The position numbers and the translations under genes are program-made. 64,000 nt of DNA from Rebecca billardiae RCC1528 (taxonomy: Eukaryota > Protista > Haptophyta), in assembly GCA_965240325.2 (NCBI GenBank), contig OZ251227.1:1550001-1614000 (forward strand), written 5' to 3'. How positions within the stretch are numbered: the first letter of the stretch is position 1; each line of letters begins with the position of its first letter. Below are positions 1 to 11,690 of the stretch, piece by piece. The notes under the pieces were generated by a model. The model ran no database searches, was not told where the DNA came from, and was given only the letters and a program-made list of their open reading frames with translations.

Positions 1-1
1 G

Positions 2-877
2 GCGCGGCGCGCGCTGCGGCGGTGGACCTCGTTCGCGCGCGGAGGCGGCGGCGCGGACGGCGCGAGGCTGCCACCGCGGCTGCTGCTGCGTGTCGGCGCG
101 CGCGCGGACGCGGCTCGTCTGTCGAGGCGCGCGCCGCGCGCGCTCGCGCGCTGGCGCGCGCTCGCCACGCTCGCGCGCCGCGCACGCGCCGCCGGCCACG
201 TCGGCCGCGCCACGCGGCGGCGCGAGGCGGCGGGCGCATGGGCCGCGGCCGCGCGCGCGCGCGCCGCGAGCGCGGGCGCGCGCGCGCGGCTCTACGTGCG
301 GGCGGCGGCGTGCCTGGCGGTGCGCCTCGCGCGCGCGCCGCGCCGCGCGCTGCAGCGGTGGGGCCGCGCCGCCGTCGCGCGCCGAGGACGCCGCGCAGAC
401 GCGACGGCGGCACGCGCACTGTCCCGCGCGCACGCGGGCCGCGCGCGCGCCGCGCTGCGCGTGTGGCACCGGCGCGCGTCTGCGGCGCGCTCAGGGCGCT
501 CGCGCCGCACCGCCACGCTGCGCGCCGCCGCCGAGCGCGGCCGCGTGCTAGCCGGCCTCGCGCGCGCGTGGGCCACGTGGATCGGCCGCTCGGGCATGCG
601 CCTCGCCGCGCGCCGCGCGCGCGCGCGCTCGCCGCCGCCGCCCGCCGCCGCGCGCCCGAGCCGCGTCAGCCCCGGCAGGCGTCGGCAGGTGCAGCTCCGG
701 CCAGGGCGGCCGTTTGTCGGCGGCCGGCTGCAACGGCTCGACCTGAGCTCCATCGCCATCGCGACGGGCGACGACACGCGCCATGCGGCGGCGTCGCTGA
801 CGATGCCAGGACCGGCGGCCGCGCTGAGTCTGATGAGCCCCAGAGCGCCACTGGCGCCCGCGCGCCTGCTCGCCTGA
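2..877 (+). CDS. 3' end of an Ala/Arg-rich protein with periodic Trp motifs (Sfi1-like repeat protein?), 5' truncated by window edge
   Basis: Frame 2 is open from the window start to TGA at 875-877 and shows recurring ALRRW/ALARW/ALQRW/ALRVW/ARAWATW motifs; the family call is tentative. Confidence 0.35.
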   Translation, partial: ARRALRRWTSFARGGGGADGARLPPRLLLRVGARADAARLSRRAPRALARWRALATLARRARAAGHVGRATRRREAAGAWAAAARARAASAGARARLYVRAAACLAVRLARAPRRALQRWGRAAVARRGRRADATAARALSRAHAGRARAALRVWHRRASAARSGRSRRTATLRAAAERGRVLAGLARAWATWIGRSGMRLAARRARARSPPPPAAARPSRVSPGRRRQVQLRPGRPFVGGRLQRLDLSSIAIATGDDTRHAAASLTMPGPAAALSLMSPRAPLAPARLLA

Positions 878-965
878 TCGGTGATCCGCGCAGAATGCAG
901 AGCCAGCTGAGCCAGATTCATCATCACGACATCCGCTGCGATAAATTATTCCGACGATTATTGAT

Positions 966-3900
966 GACCCGTTGCAAGCGTGAGCGCCGGAAAAACGACA
1001 CTCAGAATCGCCGACGCTGCCGCGCTGCGGCGGACACATGGCTGCCCTGCGGCGTCGCGCGGGCGCGCGGCTCGACTAGTCGAAGCCGCCGCCGCAGACT
1101 TGCCCGGCGCGCGTGGCGGACAGCCGCGCGTGCGAAAGGCAGGCATCCAGTCAGTCAGCGCATCGCCTGAAGGTACTCGTCAGTCCACGGCTCGGGCATG
1201 AGCTCGAGGATTGTGTCGTACACGTCATCAGCGAGGCAGTAGACTGCATCCGCGGCCGCGCGTGCACTGGCGCTGCTCTTCTTGCCCTTGGGCTTCCCCT
1301 TGGACGCGGCTGGAGCGGATGCGAGTGGCATCTCGAAGCCCTCCATGCAGAAGATCATGTGCGAGGGCACGCTCACCGTGGTGCCCTTGTCCAGCGTGTA
1401 GCAGCGCGGCCGCCGGACAACATCGTAGTAGAAGTACGCGTCGACGACGCGGTCGCCCTTCTTGTGGCGTAGCTTCGTGACGCCGTCGGCGGCGAGCATG
1501 AGCGGGTCGTCGAAGTCCTCCTCGACGGTGCGCGCGCCGTCCACTGCGGGCTGGATTAGCCAGAAGTCGTCATCGCCTCCCTCGTCGATGGCCTGCATGG
1601 CGTACGTCAAGCCAGCCTTGACCGACGTGTCCACGAACTCGTCGGTCTCCTCCTGCAGCATCAAGTCCTGGTGCGCCTGCGCCGTGGCACGCGTGGCCTG
1701 CTCGGAGCGGCCCTTCGCCTGGATCGACTTCTTGAGGTCCGTCAAGTGCCACTTGTTGCGCTCGCCGTAGATAGGCGCGAGCAGGCACTTCTCGTGGGCG
1801 GTCGCATACTCAGCCCTGTCGATGGCGCGGCGGCACGGCGCGCATGCACATGAGAGCATTCGGTAGCGCATGAAGCCGGCACCGTCGCGCGGGTCGAAGA
1901 GGAAGTGGTACGTGCCGTGCCACCCGTCCGCGAGGGCGGCGGTCTTCATGCCCGGCGCCGGCCCGCCGATCGCGCTCAGGTTCAGCTCGATCTCGGCCTT
2001 CTCGTAGTACACGGCCGTGCGCTCCGAGGTGAGGCGCTCGTCCACGCGCTTGGCGTTCATGCGCGCGCCGCCGCGACTCATCATGCCGAGATGGTTGTTG
2101 ACAAAGCTCGCCACCTCTCGCCCCCACGCCGGGTTGCTGCGGTCGATGCGAGGCTCCTGCTTCAGCTGCTCATCGGCGACGCCCTGCTTGGTGTCGCCGC
2201 CATCTGCGTCGCCATCGGTGCGGCCGTGTGAGGTCGCGTAGAACGCGCTGTCGAGGATGACGTCGTGCGTGGTGGCGAGCTGGCCGTGCACGTACATGGA
2301 CGGGGTGCCCTTGTACTGGTGGGGGCAGCCGTCGCTCGAGCGCTGCACCTTCGGCCGCCGCTTGGACTCGACGTCCTCATCCGCGTACCCGCCCTCGTCC
2401 CCGCGCCCGCGCGTGCGCAGCGCGCGCAGCTCACCGCGCGTGAACATGTCTCCAATCATGTGGTGGAGATGCGCGGCGCTGACGTCACCCGATTGCTCGG
2501 GGTCGTCGCTGATGTGAAGCTGCGAGCGGCGGTACGAGCGGATCTCGCCATCGCTGCCCACCAGTGCGGCGCGGATGATGCTCGTCTCCATCGTCGCCGA
2601 GCGCGTGTCTCTGTTCTCCGCCTGCAGCTCGTCACACGGCTTGTCCGCGATCGCCTCCTGATAGTCGACGTTCACGTCGACCGTGTTGCCGCCCGTCCCC
2701 TGCAGCACCGCATCCTGGCGCGCGCGAATGTGCGCGTGCTGCTCGCGCTTGACATACTGGTGAAGGCGAAAGTCAGCGAGTTTTGCCTTGTACAGCTTGT
2801 CAAAGTCCTTCCGGCTGCCGTGCCGAGCTTGGAGGGTGAGGCGCTCGCGGCTCCGCATCTCCCCGTCGCCCTTCTGTGTGAGCACCGTCTCCTTGCCGTA
2901 CTCGCTCCAGCTGATCGTGATGTCCTCGCGCTCGAGGTCGGGGCAGCTCGGCAACGAGGGGCAATCGGTGCACTCGCCGAGCACGCACTCGAGCCGGGGC
3001 CGGTCGAAGCCCTCGGGCGGATCGCAGGTGAAGCTCGACACCGCCGCATCGAGGTTCTCGTGGTCGGGCAGCGGCACTGGCGTCGAGGGCACACCGGCGT
3101 CACCTTCACACGAGTCGCGCGACGCGGCGAGTGGGAAGCACGCGGCGTGAGGAGTGATTCGGGGCCCGGCATCACGAGCAATCTGACCGCGCGGCCGCAC
3201 GCGCCCGGGTGGGACCGTGCCGGCGCGCGCGCGCGCATGCCGGCATGCGGCCCAGCTCTCGCGCGCGCGCGCACGAGCATCGCACGCGATCTCAGCCCTT
3301 GGCGCGCGCGCGCCCACGCGCATGCACACGCGTGCGCGCGCGCTCGCCGCTCGGGCGTGCGCGCACCGCTCCTGCGCGCCCACACGGCCGCGTCGTGGCG
3401 CGCCTTGCGCAGCTCCGTGCACAGCTTCTTGCGCCGCTGGTGCAGCAGGCGCATCTCGACGTGAGTTTTGCAGCCGCAGAACTGGCGCTTCTTCTTCGTC
3501 AGCGGCTTGACGTTGCGCGGGCAGCACTCGCGGAAGCGGCGCTCCCTCATCACCAGCGGGTGCTCCTTCTCCCAGTCAATGTAGACCGGCGTGAGGCCCT
3601 CCTCGGCGTGGAAGATGCGCACGGGCTTCTTTGCCCCCGTCTCGTCCTTCACCAGGATCGCGTCGTTCGTCAGCGGCGACGCCTTGACGGTGGGATGCTG
3701 CAGGATGAATTTTGCCGCGAGCTCCTCCATCTCGGGCGCGATCGAGCTCGAGGGCCGCGCGCGCCTCGGCACCGGCAGCCACTGGCCGTCGTGCTCGATC
3801 GCGGCGAGCCTGCGCTTCTCGCCCTTGTCGAACCAGCGCCCGGCCACGCGCGCGCCCATTCCCAGAGCGGCGCTAATATCGCGCCTCGCCTTCTTGCTCG

Positions 3901-5002
3901 TGGCGGCGGCGCCGCTCAGGAGCGTGAAGGCCGACTCGGTTGCAGCGCGCTCGTCGTTGGTCATTGGGCCGGCGCGCTTCTTTCCCGCCGCCCGTGCGCC
4001 GACGGTGGTTGGCGCACCCGATGCCGCGCGAGTAGCAGCAGCAGGTGGCCCGCCGCTCGCTGCGCGCTGCCGCTGCCGCGCCGCGGGCGCGGCGCGGATC
4101 GCGTCGAGGTTGGCGCGCACGTTGGCAGCGATCGCCGCCTCGGCGCCCGCCTGCGCCGCCGTCCGGATACCAGCAGTGGCGGCCGCGGCGCGCACGTCTG
4201 GGTGCTGGACCACCTTGGCCAGCGTGGCGGCGCGCCGACGGGGCGAGGGTGGTAGCGCGTCCACCACCTTCCGCGTCGCGCGCTGCGCCGCGCGCGCGGG
4301 GTGCTCCCGGCCAGCCGCGCGGAACGCAGCGTTCGGCGAGCGCAGAGGTGAGGAGGAGGAAGCGCGCATCGCGAGAGCTTGCAGCTTGCCCGTGCGCTTC
4401 ACGTAGGCCGTGCGGTTGCGTGCGCGCTCCTTCTGCACCCGCGCACGCGACCGCGGCGTGAGCTGCTCCAGGTCCTGCCTGCGCCTCGCGGGCTGCGACG
4501 CCGGTGCCTCATCTCCTGACTCCTCGTCCACGTCCATGAGATCAGCACCTAATGCTGCACGGGCGCATCCGTGCGCGCGCTCGCCGCCGATGGCGCGGGC
4601 CGCTCCTCGCGTCGAGGGCGCTTGGCCGGAGGCGCATCGACGGGCATCGCCACGGTGCTGCCCGATGCAAGCGCTGAGGCGGCGCGCTTGCCGAAGGCAG
4701 CAGCGTTGGCTGATGCCTTCTGCCTTTGGCCACCTCTGCGCGACCGTGCGCTCACGCTGCCGGCGCGCGCGCGGCGTCGCTTGGTGGGCACCTGCCCTGC
4801 GTTTTGTCGTTCGTTCTCAGCGACGGTTGGGTCGATTGACATGCCGATTGGATTGGTGCATTGCGAATCCGCTTCGCAATGCACCATTCCGCTCGGATCG
4901 GCGCGGGCGTCAGCCATGCGGCAGCGCGAGTGACAAAACCGACATTTCATACGCTATGTCGTTTTTTCATGCGCTCACGGTTACTCACCCGTGCAACGGG
5001 TC
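966..5002 (-). mobile_element. Complete cut-and-paste DNA transposon, Sola-like (4037 bp)
   Basis: TIR GACCCGTTGCA at 966-976 and its reverse complement at 4992-5002. An inner imperfect IR (CGTGAGCGC..AAAAACGACA) lies at 979-1000 / 4957-4979. The 4-bp TSD TGAT is at 962-965 and 5003-5006. The element encodes a DDD transposase. Confidence 0.85.
1155..4537 (-). CDS. DDD-type transposase (~1059 aa; exons 4537-3386 and 3182-1155; possible extra 5' exon from 4950)
   Basis: Motifs FRECCP..RQFCGCKTH, CVLGECTDC, VDYQE, HISDD, SSDGCPHQYK, FYATSHGRTDGDADGG and C-terminal SCACAPC. A phase-0 GT-AG intron at 3385-3183 joins the two ORFs in frame. Confidence 0.8.
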
Positions 5003-5053
5003 TGATGCGTATGGCGCGGATAGTCGTCGCGGGTAACGCTATGACCCGCAAAT

Positions 5054-5054
5054 A

Positions 5055-5085
<31 letters not shown>
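5054..5085. repeat. (TA)n microsatellite
   Basis: Seen directly. Confidence 0.9.
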
Positions 5086-5521
5086 TAACTAGTCTGATCC
5101 GCGCCGCGCCGGCTTCAAGTGGCGGGCTTCCCTTCATGCAGACCCTTAGTTAGAGGGCGAGGCTGAGCCGCTGACTGAGGCTGAGGGAATTCAGGACAGA
5201 GCTGTCCGAGAGTCGACCGAGTCCGAGACGCCAGTGACTCCGTGACAGCCGTCAAAGACGTCAGACGACTCACGTTCACGACGACGACGACGTGACGACT
5301 TCACTAGCGCTATATATCCGAATTCAGTTACGAGCGACGAGCGGTGCCCCGGGCCACCGCCAGACTGACCGGACGGACCGCGGGCCACCTTCGGCACTTG
5401 CGGCACTGCCACCCGCAGCACTGCATGCCGCCGCCGGCCGGCCGCACCGCGAGCGAGTGCGACCTGTATTCTGGCTATGATTCAGGACGCAGTCAGTGAC
5501 TGCAATTTACTATAAGAACTT

Positions 5522-5523
<2 letters not shown>

Positions 5524-5582
<59 letters not shown>
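5524..5582. repeat. (CT)n microsatellite
   Basis: Seen directly. Confidence 0.95.
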
Positions 5583-5587
<5 letters not shown>

Positions 5588-6117
5588 TAATACTACATAG
5601 ATCCAGCCAGAGTGCCGGTGCGCCCAGGCTACGACTCACCGAGCGAATTGGCGGCTACACAGTGATGTCGCGCGCATTATGGGGGGCGGCGGCGCGCATT
5701 TAGTACGGTAGTGCACGGTACGACGGTTCACAGCCGTACTCGGATAAAATTATAATAGCTAGTAGTGAGCCCAGTTCGGGCCCGATTGTAGGCAGATCGC
5801 GTCACATCTAAGATACGCGCGTGACGTATTATATATTGACATACAGGCGGTTCCAATCGCGGCGGACCGCGGATCGTACTTCGTATCATGCGTTCCGGCG
5901 CGGGCGCGATGCCACCGGTCTGTTCGACCGACCTATAATTCGACGTTCGTTGACCTGTGAGTGTGACTGACCACGCGGTGCCCGGCCGTGCCGCGACGGC
6001 GGCGTACGCCTGTTCGCGCTGACTGAGTGGGCGAGGTGTGGGCGCCATGCCGCACGTGTGATGGTGGGCGCAGCATCCGAACACAACTGGGCTCGAAGAT
6101 CGAGCGCACGGATGGAA

Positions 6118-6654
6118 TCACGGATTCGAGCTCGGCTGCGTGGCGGCGCCCTTGCTGCCGTACTTCTTGTACAGCATGTACCCGACAGGGATGCCGACCA
6201 CGACCAGGATGATCACGATCAGGATGGCGACGAAGGCGCCCGTCGTGAGTGGCGCGGGCCAGTTGTCGCCAGTGATCATGCCTTCGACCTTGTAGTCGAG
6301 CACACAGCCGGCGATGAGGGCGATCTCCTCATTTGCTTCGTACGCGGTGCAGAACTCGTCCGGACCGCCGAGGGTGCACGTGCCCGAGACCTTCGAACCC
6401 TTGAGGTCGGTTGTGTGAATGGTGATATCGACCGAGAAAAAGCCAACCGTGTACGTCCATCCGAACGGGGCGTTGCTCGGGAGGTCGCCTTCGTACGCGG
6501 TAGTAGTAGCAGTCGCTGTGACCGCGTCGCCAATGCCGCACTCTTCCGTGTACGTTCCCGAGACCTGTTGCACGATCTCGATCGTGGTGCTCGTGTCCTC
6601 CTGCGCCAGGGCAGCACTGACGAGGAGAGCAAGCATGATGCACCGAGAGAGCAT
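6118..6654 (-). CDS. Small type I membrane protein of unknown function (178 aa)
   Basis: Signal peptide MLSRCIMLALLVSAALA, a beta-rich ectodomain with 4 Cys, TM segment AFVAILIVIILVVVGIPVGYML and a KK stop-transfer; codon use looks coding. Confidence 0.75.
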   Translation of the reverse strand: MLSRCIMLALLVSAALAQEDTSTTIEIVQQVSGTYTEECGIGDAVTATATTTAYEGDLPSNAPFGWTYTVGFFSVDITIHTTDLKGSKVSGTCTLGGPDEFCTAYEANEEIALIAGCVLDYKVEGMITGDNWPAPLTTGAFVAILIVIILVVVGIPVGYMLYKKYGSKGAATQPSSNP

Positions 6655-6841
6655 GTTGTTACGGGAGTCGCAGCTGGTCGCGCCTCGCGCGGTTGCAGGT
6701 CGATGAAGGCGGAGACGAGTTCCTTTCGCAGTCTCCGATGAGCACGAGGAAGCAATAATGCGAAAGTGGTAACCGACGCGACACGACGGCTTTTCGTCCG
6801 CACACGAACGAAACCGAATTGGGTATGATGTTGCTGTATTA

Positions 6842-7435
6842 CAGGTGGATACGGGTGATCTGGACAGTGGCCGACCCAACTCACGCGGAGGCCTCCCTGG
6901 GAGCATTGGGGTCGAAGGGGCGCCAGGGACGGACTTCAGGGGGTCCCTGGAGTTCCGCCACAGCGCGCTTTCTGCGCTGCGGGCCCGTCTCCGCGCGTGG
7001 CGGCCGCAATGGCACTGTCCAATTAGCCCCTGGCACTGGCTGAGGCATGGGAATCGAGCTCAGAGACGCGCGCGCGGAGGAAAAGCGTGTGCAGCGGCTC
7101 GGACGGTTGCTCTGGGACCTACCCACGCCAGCGCAACCGCGCCTTGCCTCGGAGTCCGCCCTTCCTGAGTCCGCGCACGCGCCTTGCGGCTTGAAACGCT
7201 GGCGTTCGCCCTTGTGCGCGGGACTCACGAAACAAGGCGAAGGCGGCGAGAAGCGCGACCTGGCGCGTGCGCAGACGACGTCTCACGACCAGGTGAGTTC
7301 AGCGAACATCGTGCGCCGTCGTGGCGACCCGCCAGTGGGCGCTCGTGCTCGTTCGCCCACGAGCCCTCGCCACGAGGCCCGCCGCCCGCTGAGTGTCCAG
7401 ATAGCCCCTGTGTCCAGTTAGCCCGTATCCACCTG
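6842..7435. mobile_element. Non-autonomous Tc1/mariner-type MITE (594 bp)
   Basis: TIRs CAGGTGGATACGGG(n4)CTGGACA at both ends; TA at 6840-6841 and 7436-7437; internal TGTCCARWTAGCCC subrepeats. Confidence 0.8.
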
Positions 7436-8660
7436 TACTGACTTGGACGAAAAGCAGTGGATGACGGAACTGACCATCCCCCATGGGGATAAAATTGAAA
7501 AGTGCGCGCGCTCATTTTATGATATTATAGAGTCGTTACCTACCCGTCGGTGTGATCCGGGACCGAAATACCGAATCCCTCGGTCAATCTCGTCTCACGG
7601 TTCTGAGCAGTGGCGGGTACTTCGATGGTGGCCAGAGTGCGGCACGTCCGTGCCTCTGGACGGGCATTGCGCCGTGGTGAGGTCGCCAAATCGCGTGGCG
7701 TGGTCCTAGAGAAGGCTGCTACTATCCCTCACCAGCTTGCTAGCCATGCCGGTCGTTGATCACCCCGCCTTGGACACACGCGCCACGCGTATTATTCGCA
7801 CGGCGGCCGTGTCGGACTGGCGGTGGCACGACTACCGCGCAGCCAACATTGATCGTCAGGCTCACGCCTTGTGGGGTCAGACAGAACATTGACAGGTCTG
7901 CACCCTCGCCTGGCATGCCCCAGAGTTCAGCACGGCCGTCAGAAGGGCCTGATCCTGGCCGCTACTTGCCCATCCTTCCCATGCGCAGCCTCGCGTGCGC
8001 TGGTCACACGATGACGTGGACGTGGACGTGAGAGTGGTCGAAAAGTCGGAAGAGAAGCTGTCACTCACGCTCACGCGCTCGTACGACCGCGCCAACCTGC
8101 CTACGCCACGCCCAGTGACCCGGACGTGGCGCTGGGTCCTTGGATTGCGGTGGGACGGGCCAATGATCGCGGCGGCGACCCGCGGCCCGTGCGGGCCTTC
8201 CGGGCCCGGTCATCATGGCATCCCTTCAAAAGTCCCCAACTTCTGAACTTCATCATCTGGACCCCCCTGTAGTCCCGGGCAAATGCCGGCACGGCCATCA
8301 TCCATCAGCGGGCATCACCACCGCAGAGTCAGACAATATCAGCCACGGGGCTGCCTGATGTTAATCTCGGACAGAGTCGTAGTCATCCGACGACCGCCGC
8401 CGGGCCCGGGGCATCCAACTGTTAAATTATAGTAGTATGGGGGTATGACGATATGACCGCGTTCCGCGGTCCTTTTCCGTAGAACGAACGTAGTTCGGGG
8501 CCCGCGGTGGCGGTGCACCCTCCGTCGCAGTCGTCCCGTACACGTGTAACTAGACTCCATCCAGCGGCGCGCCGCCCAGCGCCGCGCCGCCGCCGGCGTG
8601 CGCCGAGTGTGGATGTCGGTCGTCGGCCGAGCTGCCCTCATCACAGACGGCCCTTACCTG

Positions 8661-9180
8661 ACCCCCTGCGCGTGCGCGACGGCCGACAGGCGGATGCGAC
8701 TCGGCGTGATCGACGCACGAGCGCGACTCTTGCACGCCAGGCCACCGGCGGAGCTGACTGACAGCCAGGGAGCCGGACGGCGCGGGACCGCGCGGATTCG
8801 ACCGTTCGTTCGGGCCTGCCGCTGACCGTCGTCGCCGCGACGCCAGCAGCGCAGGAGTAGATGATCTGCAGGTCAGTAGGGTTCGACCTGCGCGCCTGCG
8901 CGACGGCCGACAGGCGGGCGCGAGGCGTGAGCGACGCATGAGCGCGACTCTACGTGCACACCAGGCACCACGCGGCCGAGCTGACTGACCGCGAGCCAGG
9001 GAGCACGGTGCGAGCAGCCATGCAGCACCGGTGCTTGCGCGCGCCGCGCGTGCACGGGGTGACACACCTCGGTCAGGCTCGGCACGCGTCGCAGAGGCAC
9101 GGCCAGCTCTGGGCACGCCAGGCGCCCAGGCCACGCGGAGCTGACAGCCACGGGGAGCCGACGGCGCGCGGGGCCGCGGC
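8661..9180. repeat. Degenerate tandem repeat, ~225-bp period, two copies plus a partial third
   Basis: TGCGCGACGGCCGACAGGCGG...GAGCGCGACTCT...GAGCTGAC..AGCCAGGGAGC recurs near 8672 and 8898, and partially near 9112. Confidence 0.7.
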
Positions 9181-10057
9181 CAGTTCCGAGTTCGACTTGC
9201 GCCTGCTCTGAAGAAGAGTTCTGGGAGACCCTGGCGGAGAGGCATGGCAAGGGGGGCGTGTGGTGAAGTCGGAGACTCAGAGATCGATCAGTCCGGCATC
9301 ATGCGCCGCTGCCCCCGAGCTTGCGAGAGCCCGAACACAGGGCGGCGGCTGCGGCGGCGGCGGCGCGGCCGCGCGGCCGGCCGCGCAGGCATCGACAGGG
9401 CGCGGCAGGGGCGTGCGGAGTGACTAGTGAGCGGGCACGAACGCGATGTCGACGGCCGTCGGGACCCGCCGCAGACGCGCGCTCCAGGCGCCACTCGGCA
9501 CTCGCCACTCGCACCTGCCCATCGAGCGCCCCCTTGCGGACCAACCAAGAGTCGTCGCGGCTCGCTCGCCACCCCCAAAGAGCACACGTCGTCCTTGCGA
9601 CGGCGGCAGGTTTTGAGCTCGCCAGCTCGGTAAGTCAGTGACTATGGAATGGGCTGGCAACGAATAGCTGCGCGGGTATTTTCAATAAGGCTTGCGGGTT
9701 TTAGACTCTAGATACCAACCGCCGCGAAGCCAAGTTCATATTCATCAAGGCGGAGGCAAACTATCACACATGAACGAGAGTCTACCCACAAAATTTACCC
9801 AGCCTGGCACACTTGGGCGTGGGTTTCGTTATTCCTCTGTTCACTATTCAAGACGGCGGCCGCGTCCTTTTTCGACGCTAATGCACCTGTAAGGGAGTCT
9901 CAAAATCGAAACTCGGTCTCCTCCAGCCCTAAAAAATCGCCCCCCGTCCCTTTTTTCTTGATCAAAGATCTTTTTGAAACGTGGTTCGGGCCCGCTGGTG
10001 CGGGCTCCACGCTGCGCGCTCCGCCCTGCACCGCGGGCCATTATATCACTCATATGA

Positions 10058-11254
10058 TCAGTCGTCCTCGCGCTCCAGGCGCGCGTACTCAGCGCGCAGG
10101 TGCTGCCCCCGCGCCATGCCCTCCTGCACCGTCGACTCCTTGACGTACTGCTTGAAGTCCGAGTGCTTCGGGTAGTCCAGCAGCCGGCGCGCGGGCCCGG
10201 GCCCCTCGAGGAACACCCCGTCCTTCATGAAGGCGAGCTCGTCCGAGACGATGTGCGCAGCCGCAAAGTCGACCGTGAGGTAGAGCACCGCCGCCCCGTC
10301 CTCGCGCTGCTGCTGCCGGAGGAGCCGGAGCATCCGGCCCTTGCGCATCAGGTCGAGCCCGACGAGCATCTCGTCGCACACGAGGATGCGCGGGCGCGCC
10401 GCCAGCTCGCTCAGCACGTACATCAGGTGGCGCTGCCCGCCGCTCAGCTGCCCAGCCGTCAGCCCCCGCTTGAAGTACTCGTCCGCACTGCCCCACGGCC
10501 GGCCCTTGTCGTCGTACATCTGGAAGCCGGCGCGGCGGAGGTACTCGAGCGCCGCGCGCCGCTTCCGCGCCTTCCCGTCGCCACCGGCCGCGCCCTTGCC
10601 CCCGCCGCCGCTCCCGGCCGTCTCGGCCCTGCCCGCGCGTGCCGGCTCCGTGCTCAGCCGCGGCTGGCTGTCCGCCATCTTGGCCGTGAGGATCTCCTCG
10701 ATGGGCCTGCCAGCGGGGAGCCGCTGGCCAGGCGAGTCCTCCGAGGTGATGTGGGCGATTGGCGTGCGCGCGCGGCGCGCTGGGCCGCGTGCGGCTCGCC
10801 GCCGACGCAGATGCCCGCTCAGCGGCGCCGCGAAGGGCAGCGCGAGCGCGACCACGAGCATTGCCGCGGCGAGAGCGAGCGCGCGCCACGCGGCGTCGCC
10901 TCCGCTCGTCGCGCCGAGGAGAGCGGCTGAGGCGCACGCGCCGCCGAGCACGAGCCGGACGGGCTGGACCCACGCCCAGGGCTCGTCCGCGCCCGTCGGC
11001 TCCGCTGCGTGCTCGACAGCCTCGTCCTCGAGGACTCCGCCCTCGCGCGCAACGCGTATGGTGCCAGCCTGTGCCGAGTACGTGCCAAGCAGCAGCCGCA
11101 TCAGCGTCGTCTTGCCGCACTCGTTGTAGCCAAGGATGCCCAGCGTGCGCCCGCACGGGATGCGAAAGGAGACATCGCTGACCGTCGGCCTGCTCTCGCC
11201 ACGGTGCGTGAACGTGAGCCCACGCACGTCAATTAGTGCCGGGGTGTCCGCCAT
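10058..11254 (-). CDS. Stand-alone ABC transporter ATP-binding domain (DppD/OppD-like) with a hydrophobic insertion and degenerate motifs
   Basis: Walker A GYNECGKTT, signature LSGGQ, Walker B ILVCDE, C-terminal LLDYPKHS; ATG at 11254. Confidence 0.8.
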   Translation of the reverse strand: MADTPALIDVRGLTFTHRGESRPTVSDVSFRIPCGRTLGILGYNECGKTTLMRLLLGTYSAQAGTIRVAREGGVLEDEAVEHAAEPTGADEPWAWVQPVRLVLGGACASAALLGATSGGDAAWRALALAAAMLVVALALPFAAPLSGHLRRRRAARGPARRARTPIAHITSEDSPGQRLPAGRPIEEILTAKMADSQPRLSTEPARAGRAETAGSGGGGKGAAGGDGKARKRRAALEYLRRAGFQMYDDKGRPWGSADEYFKRGLTAGQLSGGQRHLMYVLSELAARPRILVCDEMLVGLDLMRKGRMLRLLRQQQREDGAAVLYLTVDFAAAHIVSDELAFMKDGVFLEGPGPARRLLDYPKHSDFKQYVKESTVQEGMARGQHLRAEYARLEREDD

Positions 11255-11690
11255 CGTCAGAAGCCAGCAGGTTCGGGCACGGACAAGTCGGACGCCGGAC
11301 CGGGACAAGGGCGGTAACGCGGAGGCCACCGCGGAAGACTGTAGAGTGTAGGTGTAGCTTTAGTAGCTAGCAGAGTGTGTAATGACGTCTGACTGTGCTA
11401 AGTAGCTCGAGCGCTAGTAGGCAGTCGTCACTGTCATTCTACTGGTTTCCTGTCGGCGCGTCCGTCGTCGACCGTTGCGACTGGGTGGCGCCAAGGCGGG
11501 TCACCGGTCGGTAAGCTTTGCCAGGGTCCGTGACCCGGACCCGGTCCCGCCGGTCGCATCGAGTGACGAGTGATCGGACGGGCGTCGGAGCCATCTTCGG
11601 AGTTCGGAGTGCACGCAACTCGATCATCCCGCCGCTGGCTCACCGGGTCAGTCACCGAGCTCCGACCGCTTAGCTAGGGTCCACTGGCTA

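Noticed and set aside
5029-5093. Hairpin GCGGGT..ACCCGC followed by CTAG, resembling a Helitron 3' end
   Set aside because: The stem is only 6 bp, it is separated from CTAG by a microsatellite, and no 5' end or second copy was seen.
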